64,000 bases of DNA from an uncultured bacterium (lineage in GTDB: Bacteria; Fidelibacterota; Marinisomatia; Marinisomatales; JACNKV01), in NCBI GenBank assembly GCA_964645915.1, contig CAZYDH010000002.1, positions 91,607 through 155,606 of the forward strand. Reading direction: 5' to 3'. The notes under the pieces were generated by a model. It had not been told where the DNA came from, made no database searches, and saw only the letters and a list, made by a program, of their open reading frames with translations. The translations under genes and the position numbers were made by a program. The first letter of the stretch is position 1; each line of letters starts with the position of its first letter. Shown here in pieces: positions 28,277 through 38,446 of this stretch.

Positions 28277-29206
28277 ATGAGAAATAAAGGTCCAATATAT
28301 ACCACTCTTCTTTTTTCTTCTGTACTTATCGGTTTGATTCTAAGTAGTTGTGATAGTCAAAAACCTTTTGATGGAAAATCACTATCGGTCATTGCAGAGT
28401 TAGATACAACAGAAGCCACGATTGGGGATATTGTGACGTTATCGGTTACTGTCAATCATTCGGACAAATATCGTATTCACTTTCCAGATTTACAAGATTC
28501 ATTGGAATTAGAAAAACGAGATAGAAATATTCTCCAAATCAAAAACCAATCTATTGCTGAATTTCAATTAGTCCCATGGGACACTGGAAAATTCGAGATT
28601 CCTCCTTATACTGTACAATTTATTGAGAAGGATAATGTGCCTGCTTTTGAGATGAGTACATATCCATTAGAATTAGATGTAAAATCCGTCTTAAGTAACG
28701 AACAGTCAAGGGATTTGCACCCTGTAAAAGAACCGGTTCCTGTCTCTCCACCGATTCCTTGGAGAATAATTACATTAGTAACACTTTTTATGCTTTTACT
28801 GGGTAGCGCGATTTATTTATGGAAACAACGGATTCCTCCGATCATCATTCCAACTCAAGAATATGATTCCTCGGTTCCTCCCAATACTATTGCCATGGAA
28901 AAGTTGTCGAAACTTAAAATTGATGGAGATAGTAAATTATTTTACACAGGATTATCATACACCCTTAGAGAGTTTATCGAAAATAGTTACTATTTAAAAA
29001 CATTAGAAATGACTACAAAAGAAATCATTGAATGTCGATCATGGGTTGATATCCCTGAAAATCAATTTAATGAATGGACTCAACTTCTTTCCCGTGCAGA
29101 TATGGTGAAATATGCACGTGATGAAGTTATGCAAACTCAGAAATTAAACGATTTGAATTGGAGTAAGGAGTTTGTAGAACAATTTAAAGTCGAGTACTCA
29201 ATCTAA
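28277..29206 (+). CDS. Membrane-anchored lipoprotein-like protein (BatD/DUF4381-like?) downstream of moxR-DUF58
   Basis: A lipobox (LILSSCDS) is followed by an Ig-like N-terminal half, a central TM (IITLVTLFMLLLGSAIYLW) and a helical C-terminal half. Start ATG 28277 avoids overlap with DUF58. The function is not supported beyond genomic context. Confidence 0.4.
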   Translation: MRNKGPIYTTLLFSSVLIGLILSSCDSQKPFDGKSLSVIAELDTTEATIGDIVTLSVTVNHSDKYRIHFPDLQDSLELEKRDRNILQIKNQSIAEFQLVPWDTGKFEIPPYTVQFIEKDNVPAFEMSTYPLELDVKSVLSNEQSRDLHPVKEPVPVSPPIPWRIITLVTLFMLLLGSAIYLWKQRIPPIIIPTQEYDSSVPPNTIAMEKLSKLKIDGDSKLFYTGLSYTLREFIENSYYLKTLEMTTKEIIECRSWVDIPENQFNEWTQLLSRADMVKYARDEVMQTQKLNDLNWSKEFVEQFKVEYSI

Positions 29207-29323
29207 TTTTTATATATTTTTCCTTAATTCTATCAATTATATTAAATAAAAAAGAGATTCATTCATAAATTTGAACTCTTCTCATCATTTGCTAAATTTA
29301 GAAGCTAAATAAGAAGGAATAAT

Positions 29324-29887
29324 ATGGCAACAACAGCAGATATACGAAATGGCGTAGTAATTCTTCATAAAAACAAACGAATGAAGGTTATTGAATTTCA
29401 ACATGTCAAACCCGGAAAAGGTGGAGCTTTTGTTCGGACGAAGCTAAAAGATATTCAAACTGGAAAAATAATTGATGAAACGTTCAATGCAGGTGCAAGG
29501 ATTGAATATATTCGAGTTGAAGCAAAATCCATGCAATACTTATATCAAGATGATGATATGTTCATTTTTATGGATAATGATACTTATGAACAAATAAATG
29601 TTATGGGTTCAATTGTAGGAGATGCTCAGCATTTTCTTATTGCCGGTATGAATGCCGATTTATTATTTGACGATTCTGAAATCTTGGATGTTCGTATACC
29701 CCCTCATGTAAATTTAGAGGTCACAAATACCGAACCGGGGTTAAAAGGCAATACAGCAACCGGTGCGACCAAGCCCGCAACGGTAGAAACAGGATTTACT
29801 CTAAACGTTCCGTTATTTATTGAGATTGGTGATGTACTAAGAATTGATACACGAACCGGGGCATACGTTGAACGTACTAAAAACTAA
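29324..29887 (+). CDS. efp: Elongation factor P
   Basis: The N-terminus has the conserved KPGKG loop ([16 protein letters not shown]). EF-P OB domains follow. Confidence 0.95.
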   Translation: MATTADIRNGVVILHKNKRMKVIEFQHVKPGKGGAFVRTKLKDIQTGKIIDETFNAGARIEYIRVEAKSMQYLYQDDDMFIFMDNDTYEQINVMGSIVGDAQHFLIAGMNADLLFDDSEILDVRIPPHVNLEVTNTEPGLKGNTATGATKPATVETGFTLNVPLFIEIGDVLRIDTRTGAYVERTKN

Positions 29888-29900
29888 ACTTGGAGGACTC

Positions 29901-30359
29901 ATGTGGCAGAATAAAATTAAAGAAATTATTTATCTGCTTGAAAATAGCAGCGTGAATGAAATCGATGTACGGTTCTGGGGTCGAAGATTTAGAGTTGTAA
30001 AATCGCCGCCGGTAATTGCAGGGCACGCGAGTGCTGCCCCTGTTGCAAATGTTGCTCCCTCAGCATCAGTGGTCTCAACGAGCGAAGAGCCAAAAGTTGA
30101 CGTACAATCTACTTCATCAACTGAGGATATTCTATCTCCAATGCCTGGAACTTTTTACAGCTCCCCATCACCGGATGCTGATTCATTTGTAAACGAAGGA
30201 GATCAAATTGTCAAAGGAGATACGTTGTGTATCATTGAGGCAATGAAGATTATGAATGAAATTGAAGCAGAGACAAACGGTGTAGTAAAAAAAGTTTTGA
30301 TCAAAAATGGTACATCTGTTGAGTACAATCAACCCTTGTTTAAAATAGAACCGGTTTAG
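29901..30359 (+). CDS. accB: Acetyl-CoA carboxylase biotin carboxyl carrier protein
   Basis: GGAGG lies 5 nt upstream of ATG 29901. An Ala/Pro-rich linker precedes the biotinyl-lysine motif [10 protein letters not shown]. It shows the conserved efp-accB-accC synteny. Confidence 0.9.
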   Translation: MWQNKIKEIIYLLENSSVNEIDVRFWGRRFRVVKSPPVIAGHASAAPVANVAPSASVVSTSEEPKVDVQSTSSTEDILSPMPGTFYSSPSPDADSFVNEGDQIVKGDTLCIIEAMKIMNEIEAETNGVVKKVLIKNGTSVEYNQPLFKIEPV

Positions 30360-30394
30360 ATTATTATCCGATCGGTTATTATTTAGAGAAAAAC

Positions 30395-31750
30395 ATGTTT
30401 AAAAAAGTTTTAATTGCAAACCGTGGAGAAATAGCTTTACGGATTATCCGTGCTTGCCATGAATTAGGGATCAAAACAGTAGCAATATATTCTACTGCAG
30501 ACGAATATTCACTTCACGTGAAATTTGCAGATGAAGTGGTATGTATCGGTCCGGGACCCGGGAAAGACAGCTATCTAAATATCCCTCGAATTATTGCTGC
30601 AGGAGAAATTACTAATGCAGATGCAATTCACCCGGGATATGGTTTCTTAGCAGAAAGTTCTGAATTTTCTCGAATTTGCACTGAAAATAATTTCACGTTC
30701 ATCGGTCCAACACCGGAGATTATCGATGCGATGGGAGATAAAGCACAAGCTAAAGAGACTATGAAAGAAGCTGGTGTTCCCGTAATCCCCGGGAGTGATG
30801 GTCTTTTATCCGGGTATGAAGAAGCATTAACTCTTGCAGAAAAAGCAGGATACCCGGTGATGTTAAAAGCATCTGCCGGTGGTGGTGGTCGTGGGATGCG
30901 TTTAGTTAAATCTCCGGATCAAATTGAATCAGCATATGTCACAGCCAGCTCTGAAGCCCTTACCGCTTTTGGTAATGGGGATATGTATTTAGAAAAATTT
31001 GTCGAAAACCCTCGACATATTGAAATTCAAATATTAGCGGATGCCCACGGTAATGTAACACATTTAGGAGAACGCGAGTGCTCTATTCAGCGTAGACATC
31101 AAAAGTTAGTTGAAGAATCTCCATCAGCTGTTGTAGATGATGCATTGAGGAAACGTATGGGTGAAGCAGCTGTTAAAGGTGCAAAAAAATGTGGATATGT
31201 TGGTGTTGGGACAGTAGAGTTTTTGCTCGATAAAAATAAAGATTTCTATTTTATGGAAATGAATACTAGAATTCAAGTTGAGCATCCCATTACTGAAATG
31301 GTAACGGGAGCGGATCTTATCAAACAACAAATCCGTATGCATGCCGGGGAGAAATATCCTGGCTATTTAGAAAATATGCGGTTACGGGGCCATTCGATTG
31401 AGTGTCGTATTAATGCTGAAGATCCTTCAAAGAATTTTATGCCGTCTCCAACAAAGATTACTAGTTTTCATATGCCGGGCGGTAAAGGTGTTCGAGTAGA
31501 TACTCACTCATATGCGGGCTATGAAATCCCAACTTTTTACGATTCAATGATTGGAAAACTAATTGTTCATGCAAGTAGTCGTGAACGAGCAATAAATAGG
31601 ATGCAGCGAGCTCTAGAAGAATGTATAATTGAAGGACCGAAAACTACGATCCCGTTTCATCAGGCAATTATGAAAGATAAAAAATTTAAATGCGGAGAAT
31701 TTGATACAAGCTTTTTAGAGTCATTTGAATATTCTCCAGACGACATTTAG
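30395..31750 (+). CDS. accC: Acetyl-CoA carboxylase biotin carboxylase subunit
   Basis: [21 protein letters not shown]... is followed by ATP-grasp motifs ([22 protein letters not shown]). Confidence 0.95.
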   Translation: MFKKVLIANRGEIALRIIRACHELGIKTVAIYSTADEYSLHVKFADEVVCIGPGPGKDSYLNIPRIIAAGEITNADAIHPGYGFLAESSEFSRICTENNFTFIGPTPEIIDAMGDKAQAKETMKEAGVPVIPGSDGLLSGYEEALTLAEKAGYPVMLKASAGGGGRGMRLVKSPDQIESAYVTASSEALTAFGNGDMYLEKFVENPRHIEIQILADAHGNVTHLGERECSIQRRHQKLVEESPSAVVDDALRKRMGEAAVKGAKKCGYVGVGTVEFLLDKNKDFYFMEMNTRIQVEHPITEMVTGADLIKQQIRMHAGEKYPGYLENMRLRGHSIECRINAEDPSKNFMPSPTKITSFHMPGGKGVRVDTHSYAGYEIPTFYDSMIGKLIVHASSRERAINRMQRALEECIIEGPKTTIPFHQAIMKDKKFKCGEFDTSFLESFEYSPDDI

Positions 31751-31821
31751 TGAATACATAACATATTAAAAGCATGTACAATCCCTGTACAAAATTCTAA
31801 GCACAAATAAAGGAATTAAAT

Positions 31822-32199
31822 ATGAATTGCCCAGAAAACCTACTTTACACATCAGATCATGAATGGATAAAAGTAGAAAATGATATTGCTACAATCGGTA
31901 TTACAGATTATGCTCAAGGTGAATTAGGAGATATTATTTTTATTGAATTTCCTGAGATTGACGAACAATTTGACCGAGAAGATGTTATCGGTTCAATTGA
32001 AGCGGTAAAAACTGTTGCAGATATTTTTGTTCCTGTAACAGGTCAAATTCTTGAAATCAATGAAGCACTTGAGGATGCCCCGGAATTAATAAATCAAGAT
32101 CCTTACGGTGATGGATGGTTGGTTAAGATTAAGCTAGAAAACTCTGATGAAACTTCTGATCTATTAAATCCTGAGTCTTATCTTGAGTTAATTAAATGA
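31822..32199 (+). CDS. gcvH: Glycine cleavage system H protein (lipoyl carrier)
   Basis: YTSDHEWIK...GITDYAQGELGDI are present, with the lipoyl-lysine motif IEAVKTVADI. Confidence 0.9.
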   Translation: MNCPENLLYTSDHEWIKVENDIATIGITDYAQGELGDIIFIEFPEIDEQFDREDVIGSIEAVKTVADIFVPVTGQILEINEALEDAPELINQDPYGDGWLVKIKLENSDETSDLLNPESYLELIK

Positions 32200-32774
32200 A
32201 ATATCAATCTACAATTATTCAACAGTTAACCCAATCCTCTGAAGTAAAACAGAGGATGGTTTCTGCATGTGTAAATGATATTTCAAAAGCTGCAGTTGTT
32301 TGCAATGAAGCGATTAAAAATGGGAATAAGATATTATTGTGTGGTAACGGTGGTTCTGCAGGGGATGCTCAGCACATAGCTACTGAATTTATGGGCGGAC
32401 TTAGAGATCATAATCGCAAACCCTTTCCGGCAATTGCCTTAACTACTGACACGAGTTTCTTGACAGCTTGGACGAATGATACAGATTTTAAATCAGTTTT
32501 TTCAAGACAGGTAAAGGCGTTAGGGCAAGGTGAAGATGTGCTTATTGCAATAACAACAAGCGGAAACTCTGCGAATGTAATAAATGCATCAAAAACTGCA
32601 AAACAACTCGGAATGAAAGTAATTGCTTTCATGGGAGAGTCATCATCTGAATTGGATAAGTATTCTGATGTAGTAATTAATATTCCGTCAAAGGATACAC
32701 AAAGAATTCAGGAAGCACATATAACAATTGGTCATATTATTGTTGATATCGTTGAACAGGATATGTCTTCCTGA
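32196..32774 (+). CDS. gmhA: SIS-domain phosphoheptose isomerase (D-sedoheptulose-7-phosphate isomerase)
   Basis: GmhA-typical motifs are present: LLCGNGGSAGDAQHIATEF, ITTSGNSANV and QEAHITIGH. Confidence 0.75.
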   Translation: MKYQSTIIQQLTQSSEVKQRMVSACVNDISKAAVVCNEAIKNGNKILLCGNGGSAGDAQHIATEFMGGLRDHNRKPFPAIALTTDTSFLTAWTNDTDFKSVFSRQVKALGQGEDVLIAITTSGNSANVINASKTAKQLGMKVIAFMGESSSELDKYSDVVINIPSKDTQRIQEAHITIGHIIVDIVEQDMSS

Positions 32775-32796
32775 AGTATTTAATGTGACCTAATTT

Positions 32797-33690
32797 ATGG
32801 AAACCTATCTCAAAGATTATTTTATGATGCTGCGTGTAGAAAAGAATCTGTCTGCAAATTCAATTCAAGCGTATCGAAGAGATCTTAATAGATATATTTC
32901 TTTTTTGCTGGAAGATGAAGCTATTACCAAATTGAAGGAGATCAAGCAAAAACAGATTCGTGGATATTTTCGAAAACTAAAAGATATTCACTTATCTCCG
33001 TCAAGTATTTCTCGGGCATTTTCTGCTGTTCGATCGTATCACACATTTTTGTCTGAAGAGAAGTATGTAAATGAAAATCCATCCCAAATGTTGGATGCTC
33101 CAAAGTTACCAAGTAAACTCCCGGTCATTTTGACGGTTGAAGAAATCGAGAAAATCTTATCAGCTGTAGATTGTACTACAGACCTTGGAAAACGAGATCA
33201 TGCAGCACTTGAGATATTATATTCGTGTGGTTTACGGGTGAGCGAATTATGTGATCTATCCCTTCAAGATCTACTTATTGATTTTAATATGATTCGTGTA
33301 CTTGGAAAAGGACGAAAAGAACGATTGGTTCCCTATGGACCGGTAGCTAATGAAAGTTTAAATACATACTTGACTTTAGTTAGACCTAAACATGCACGGA
33401 AAGGGAAGAATTCCGGGAAAGTATTTTTAAGTCGTAATGGTAATCCTTTAACCCGTGCTATGGTTAATGTATTCTTGAAAAAATGGACGAGAGAAGCTGA
33501 GATGAATAAAAAAGTCAGTCCACATACATTTAGGCATTCATTTGCAACGCATCTATTGGAAGGTGGAGCAGATTTACGCAGTGTACAGGAAATGTTGGGA
33601 CATTCAGATATCTCAACAACTCAGATTTACACTCATCTAGATCGAGAACATTTAAAGGAAGTCCACCGTACTTTCCACCCAAGGAACTAA
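32797..33690 (+). CDS. xerD: Tyrosine site-specific recombinase XerD-like
   Basis: The N-terminal SAM-like domain has NSIQAYRRDLNRY. The catalytic residues are in place (RVSEL, HTFRHSFATHLL, GHSDISTTQIYTH). Confidence 0.7.
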   Translation: METYLKDYFMMLRVEKNLSANSIQAYRRDLNRYISFLLEDEAITKLKEIKQKQIRGYFRKLKDIHLSPSSISRAFSAVRSYHTFLSEEKYVNENPSQMLDAPKLPSKLPVILTVEEIEKILSAVDCTTDLGKRDHAALEILYSCGLRVSELCDLSLQDLLIDFNMIRVLGKGRKERLVPYGPVANESLNTYLTLVRPKHARKGKNSGKVFLSRNGNPLTRAMVNVFLKKWTREAEMNKKVSPHTFRHSFATHLLEGGADLRSVQEMLGHSDISTTQIYTHLDREHLKEVHRTFHPRN

Positions 33691-33719
33691 TAATAGACTA
33701 TCGGATGAAATAAAAGAAT

Positions 33720-34355
33720 ATGTTATTTAGACTACCCGCTGAAGTATTAATCCTGTTAATACCTACTTTATTGTTTGCATTGGTTTTCCATGAATTTTCA
33801 CATGCCTATGCTGCTTATCGTCTAGGAGATCGAACAGCAGCGCATCAAGGACGGCTAACGTTAAATCCTTTAGCACATCTCGATCCATTTGGATCTTTAA
33901 TGATACTATTTGTTGGATTTGGATGGGCTAAACCTGTTCCTGTAGATGCAAGGAATCTTGCTAATCCTCGAAAAGATATTATGATCATTTCTTTTGCCGG
34001 CCCGGCTTCTAATCTTTTGTTGGGATTGGTGGGTGGAATTATAATTCGATTCATTGGTGATGCAGGATTACTTAATCAAAATATTGGGCTGATGTTGTAT
34101 TTGTTCATCAGAATCAATATCACACTTGCAGTATTCAATATGCTCCCATTACCGCCCTTGGATGGTTCTCAAATCTTTTCGGGATTTATGATGAGAAAAA
34201 ATCCACAACTTGTGATGAACTTGCAAATGCATGGACCGAAAATATTATTTGGAGCCATTTTATTAGGATACTTTTTTAATATCCCGATTCTATGGTGGGT
34301 CATGGAACCATTTGTAAACTTCTTTCTGTTCATATTTGCAGGAATATCGTTATGA
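33720..34355 (+). CDS. Site-2 protease family (M50) membrane zinc metalloprotease
   Basis: It has HEFSHAYAA (HExxH) within a TM helix. It is polytopic and carries a second motif region NMLPLPPLDG. Confidence 0.8.
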   Translation: MLFRLPAEVLILLIPTLLFALVFHEFSHAYAAYRLGDRTAAHQGRLTLNPLAHLDPFGSLMILFVGFGWAKPVPVDARNLANPRKDIMIISFAGPASNLLLGLVGGIIIRFIGDAGLLNQNIGLMLYLFIRINITLAVFNMLPLPPLDGSQIFSGFMMRKNPQLVMNLQMHGPKILFGAILLGYFFNIPILWWVMEPFVNFFLFIFAGISL

Positions 34356-34486
34356 GTAAGAAATTAAAAATTCGAAGAATTTTAAGACATGAACGTAAAA
34401 CACGATCAGCCATTTGGTTGTTTGTAATGATTATAGTAGTGATTTGGTTAATTAATTATTTAAGACAAGTCGCTATAACCAGTTAG
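34352..34486 (+). CDS. Possible small basic single-TM protein (44 aa), translationally coupled to the M50 protease gene
   Basis: ATG 34352 overlaps the M50 stop (ATGA). The product is MSKKLKIRRILRHERKTRSAIWLFVMIIVVIWLINYL.... There is no homology evidence. Confidence 0.3.
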   Translation: MSKKLKIRRILRHERKTRSAIWLFVMIIVVIWLINYLRQVAITS

Positions 34487-34514
34487 TTAGTATAAGAAAT
34501 AAGAAGAGAGAAAA

Positions 34515-36350
34515 ATGACTATTGTAGAATGTGTCCCTAATTTTAGCGAAGGAAAAGATAAAAATATTATTGATCAAATTACGAACTCAATTCAATCTGT
34601 TGAAGGAATCACTCTTCTGGATGTAGATCCCGGAGAAGATACAAACCGCACAGTTGTAACATTTGTCGGTTCTGTTGAAGCCGTTGAAGAAGCGGCATTT
34701 CAAGGGATTAAAACTGCATCAGAAGTAATCGATATGCGTATTCAGAAAGGAACACACCCAAGAATGGGTGCTACGGATGTGTGTCCGTTTGTTCCTGTGA
34801 GTGGTGTGACTATCGATGATTGTGTTGCACTATCGAAACGTGTGGGTAAAAGAGTGGGGGACGAGTTAGCTATCCCTGTATATTTGTATGAACATTCCGC
34901 TCAAAAACCCAAATGGAAAAAACTCCCGAATATTCGAGTAGGAGAATATGAAGCTTTATCTGAGAAATTGAACAAACCGGAATGGAAACCTGATTTTGGT
35001 ACAGCTGAATTTAATGCAAAAGCCGGTGCTACCGTAATGGGTTGTAGAGAATTCTTGATCGCATACAATATTAATTTGAATACAATGGACCATCGTTTAG
35101 CTACGGATATTGCCTTTGAATTGAGAGAAAAAGGACGAAGTATTCGAAAACCTCATCCTACATCGAAAAACCTGCTCGATGGAGATATCATTCGATATAG
35201 AGAAGACTCATATCCATGTAGTTATTGTGATGAGGTCTTTACATCAACAGATCAATTAATTCAACATAGCAAAGATGAACATTCATTTGATATAAAGTCC
35301 TGGTGGAAATCTAATGGACAAAAAGAAAGTATGTTGAATAAAAAACCCGTAAAGCGTCCGGGATATTTCAAGGATATTAAAGGAATGGGTTGGTACGTAG
35401 ATTCATTCAACCGAGCTCAGATATCTATAAACTTTAATGATTATAAAACCTCAACCATTCATGAAGTATTTGATAAAGCGTGTGAATTGGCCGTCGAAAG
35501 AGGGATAAGAGTAACCGGGAGTGAATTGGTCGGTTTAATACCACTTGAGGCCTTGTTAATGGCAGGAAGACACTATCTAAAAAAACAAGATCGCACAACA
35601 GGAGTTTCTGTCTCAACGTTAGTGGAAACAGCGATTCAATCTTTAGGATTAAATGATGTTACACCGTTTGTCCCTGAAGAAAAAATAATTGATTATGCAG
35701 TTCAGAAAAAAGATGGTGGACTAATGGCACTAACTGCAACGGATTTTGTTGAAGAGCTTGCTTCAAATAGTGCAGCTCCGGGCGGAGGAAGTGTTTCAGC
35801 ATTAGCCGCTAGTTTAGGTGCAGGGTTAACATCAATGGTTGCTGCATTAAGTCATGAAAAGAAAGGATTTTTTAATAAAAAACCTTTTATGGAAACCATT
35901 GGTGAAGAAGCACAAAAAATAAAAGACCGATTAATATTTTTAGTTGATGAAGATACAAATGCTTTTAATAAAGTAATGGAAGCAAATCGGATGGCTGCGT
36001 CAAATAAAGAGGAAGAAGCTTTAAAGAACAAAGCAATTATGGACGCAAATAAATATGCAATATTTGTTCCATGGGAAACGACAGAATTATCTTATCGTGT
36101 TATGGAGCTTGCGTTAAAAATGGTTGAAGAAGGAAATCCCAACTCAGTAAGTGATGCAGGAGTAGCCGGAGAAGTTGGTTTTGCAGCAGTGCGGGGTGCC
36201 GGGATGAATGTAATGATCAATTTACCTGGTGTTATGGATGATGTTGAATTTGTGAATGAAATGAAAACAAAAGTTCAATCCATTTGGGATAAAGCTGAAA
36301 CCCTTCATGATAAAATCTTTAATGCAACACTCCAAGTAATCTCTAAATAA
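34515..36350 (+). CDS. Bifunctional glutamate formimidoyltransferase / formimidoyltetrahydrofolate cyclodeaminase (FTCD-like) with an internal C2H2-like insertion
   Basis: The FT N-subdomain starts ECVPNFSEGKD, the FT C-subdomain contains GATVMGCREFLIAYNINLN, and a cyclodeaminase-like helical C-terminal domain follows (SNSAAPGGGSVSALAASLGAGL). An extra ~70 aa sits between the FT subdomain blocks (see findings). Confidence 0.85.
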   Translation: MTIVECVPNFSEGKDKNIIDQITNSIQSVEGITLLDVDPGEDTNRTVVTFVGSVEAVEEAAFQGIKTASEVIDMRIQKGTHPRMGATDVCPFVPVSGVTIDDCVALSKRVGKRVGDELAIPVYLYEHSAQKPKWKKLPNIRVGEYEALSEKLNKPEWKPDFGTAEFNAKAGATVMGCREFLIAYNINLNTMDHRLATDIAFELREKGRSIRKPHPTSKNLLDGDIIRYREDSYPCSYCDEVFTSTDQLIQHSKDEHSFDIKSWWKSNGQKESMLNKKPVKRPGYFKDIKGMGWYVDSFNRAQISINFNDYKTSTIHEVFDKACELAVERGIRVTGSELVGLIPLEALLMAGRHYLKKQDRTTGVSVSTLVETAIQSLGLNDVTPFVPEEKIIDYAVQKKDGGLMALTATDFVEELASNSAAPGGGSVSALAASLGAGLTSMVAALSHEKKGFFNKKPFMETIGEEAQKIKDRLIFLVDEDTNAFNKVMEANRMAASNKEEEALKNKAIMDANKYAIFVPWETTELSYRVMELALKMVEEGNPNSVSDAGVAGEVGFAAVRGAGMNVMINLPGVMDDVEFVNEMKTKVQSIWDKAETLHDKIFNATLQVISK

Positions 36351-36364
36351 ATAGTGCCAGAATC

Positions 36365-38107
36365 GTGATTAAGCCATTATCAGAAGATCTACGTAATAAA
36401 ATATCTGCCGGCGAGGTGGTAGAACGTCCGGCGTCTGCGGTAAAGGAATTAGTGGAAAATAGTCTTGATGCAGGTGCAAACGAAATTGTAATTGTGGTAG
36501 AATCTGGCGGACAAAGACTAATTCAGATCACGGATAATGGATGTGGAATTCCTGCTGATGAATTACAGAGGGCGGTTGAACGTTATACCACAAGTAAGAT
36601 TGAAAATATCGATGACTTATTTAATATTGAGACGCTGGGTTTTAGAGGAGAGGCATTAGCGAGTATTGCATCTGTATCTGAACTGGATATTATTTCCTCA
36701 GTGAATGGTGAAGAAGGAGCGGAGATTAATTGCCGTAACGGAATTGCTTCTTCAATAAAACCTGCACCGGGAATTAAGGGCACACAAATAACGGTTCAAA
36801 ACCTTTTTTATAATACACCTGCTCGTCGAAAATTTCTCAAATCTCCTCGTGTTGAACTTCGACAAATTGTAATGATGGTAAAAAGACTTGCTCTTGCTTA
36901 TCCTGATGTAGCATTGACTCTGATCGCGGATCAAAAGAACATTATTTCCTTAACGCCCGAGTCACTGGAAGATAGAATTGTCTCTTTATTCGATCCGACT
37001 TATCGCGATCAATTGCTTCCGATTCATGTAGAAAAAGGTGATTATGCCTTTTCCGGATATATAGGAAATTTGAATTTGATCAGAACTCGACCGGGAGAAC
37101 AATATGTATTTTTAAATCGAAGATATATTAAAGACCGATTATTGAACTCAGCAGTTTATTCGGGTTATCAATCGTTAACTCGAAGAGGGGAATATCCATT
37201 TTTTGTTTTGAATTTATCTGTTCCAACGGATCAGGTAGATGTCAATGTCCATCCGATGAAAACGGAAGTACGTTTTAAAGATGAATGGAGATTATATCAT
37301 GTACTAAAATCGGGTGTCACGGATTCACTTACCGATATTTTAGATACAATCCCTTTCTTTGAAAGACCGGTTTCTTTTAATGAATCCCCTTCTTCCGATA
37401 GTCAAACATTAACCGGAAAACAAACCGGTATGTTTTTTGATCGTAATATACCAAGCCCGACTCAACCACCAAAACACCTTGAGCGTGCAAAATCATATGC
37501 TTCAAAATTAGCCGAAAGACAAGAAGCCCCCGGACTGATTGATATGGGTAATATATGGCAGGTGCATTCAAAATATATCGTATCGCAGGTTAGTAGTGGG
37601 CTTGTTATTATAGATCAGCACGTGGCTCATGAGCGAATACTTTTTGAAGAAGCCATGAATGCATTTGATAAAACCCCCATGCCTTCGCAAACACTATTGT
37701 TCCCTGTCAATTTACAATTTTCTCCGGATGAATACTCTACACTGTTAGATGTACTTCCGTACTTGGAAAAAATTGGTTTTAAAATGAAAGAAGCAGGGGA
37801 CCGCGCAGTGAACATCACTGCGATTCCATCGGATATGGGGTGGGGAAATGAAAGACGTGTGATCAAAGATATTCTGGATTATTATTTATCTCATCAAAAA
37901 GAGTACAGTTCACTTCAAGAAAATCTGGCTGCATCTTTTGCATGTAAAGCAGCCATCAAAGCCGGCGACTCGCTGACAGTTGAAGAGATGCAAACGATGG
38001 TGAATAGACTTTTTGCGACCAAACATCCGTATTACTGTCCACATGGAAGACCGATTATTGTAAGACTTACTTTGGATGAGTTAGATAAACGATTTGAGAG
38101 ATCATAG
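36365..38107 (+). CDS. mutL: DNA mismatch repair protein MutL (endonuclease type)
   Basis: The GHKL ATPase N-terminus is AGEVVERPASAVKELVENSLDAG. The C-terminal endonuclease motif is DQHVAHERILFEE. The start codon is GTG. Confidence 0.95.
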   Translation: MIKPLSEDLRNKISAGEVVERPASAVKELVENSLDAGANEIVIVVESGGQRLIQITDNGCGIPADELQRAVERYTTSKIENIDDLFNIETLGFRGEALASIASVSELDIISSVNGEEGAEINCRNGIASSIKPAPGIKGTQITVQNLFYNTPARRKFLKSPRVELRQIVMMVKRLALAYPDVALTLIADQKNIISLTPESLEDRIVSLFDPTYRDQLLPIHVEKGDYAFSGYIGNLNLIRTRPGEQYVFLNRRYIKDRLLNSAVYSGYQSLTRRGEYPFFVLNLSVPTDQVDVNVHPMKTEVRFKDEWRLYHVLKSGVTDSLTDILDTIPFFERPVSFNESPSSDSQTLTGKQTGMFFDRNIPSPTQPPKHLERAKSYASKLAERQEAPGLIDMGNIWQVHSKYIVSQVSSGLVIIDQHVAHERILFEEAMNAFDKTPMPSQTLLFPVNLQFSPDEYSTLLDVLPYLEKIGFKMKEAGDRAVNITAIPSDMGWGNERRVIKDILDYYLSHQKEYSSLQENLAASFACKAAIKAGDSLTVEEMQTMVNRLFATKHPYYCPHGRPIIVRLTLDELDKRFERS

Positions 38108-38123
38108 TTTATAGATAAATAAA

Positions 38124-38155
38124 ATAAAAAAGCCCCGAAATCGGGGCTTTTTTAT
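38124..38155. terminator. Bidirectional rho-independent terminator between the convergent mutL and RRM genes
   Basis: ataaaaaagccccg-aaat-cggggcttttttat is a GC-rich stem flanked by an A-run and a T-run. Confidence 0.85.
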
Positions 38156-38173
38156 TTTGAACTCAAATTTTGA

Positions 38174-38446
38174 TTAGTATCTACGATTCCTTTCAGGACG
38201 ATCCTTTCGGGGGTAGGCTTCGTTAATTTTTAAAGCTCTACCATCAACTTCTTTTCCATTTAGTTCTTTAATTGCATTTTCACCATCTGCTTTTTCAGTC
38301 ATCTCAACAAAACCAAATCCTTTTGATCTACCAGAATGTTTATCTGTTATGATTTGTGCTCTTGTTACTTCACCGAACTCAGCAAATAGGTTGTTTAATT
38401 CCTGTTCTGTCATTTTGAAAGAAAGGTTTCCAACATATATGTTCAT
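38174..38446 (-). CDS. RRM-type RNA-binding protein (single RNP domain with a basic tail)
   Basis: RNP2 is NIYVGNL and RNP1 is KGFGFVEM. The length is 90 aa. Confidence 0.9.
   Translation of the reverse strand: MNIYVGNLSFKMTEQELNNLFAEFGEVTRAQIITDKHSGRSKGFGFVEMTEKADGENAIKELNGKEVDGRALKINEAYPRKDRPERNRRY

Noticed and set aside
26337-29206. MoxR-vWA-type conflict or defence system.
   Set aside because: The MoxR plus DUF58 pair with a membrane protein, embedded among housekeeping genes (tamA-like, efp), matches the common FCB Bat-type housekeeping module. No effector, nuclease or protease domains, or other defence hallmarks, were seen.
32797-33690. The tyrosine recombinase as an integrase marking a mobile element or genomic island.
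   Set aside because: Its sequence features (YRRDL N-terminal domain, 297 aa) fit chromosomal XerD. Flanking genes are housekeeping (gmhA, M50 protease). No flanking direct repeats, tRNA gene or phage/IS genes are present.
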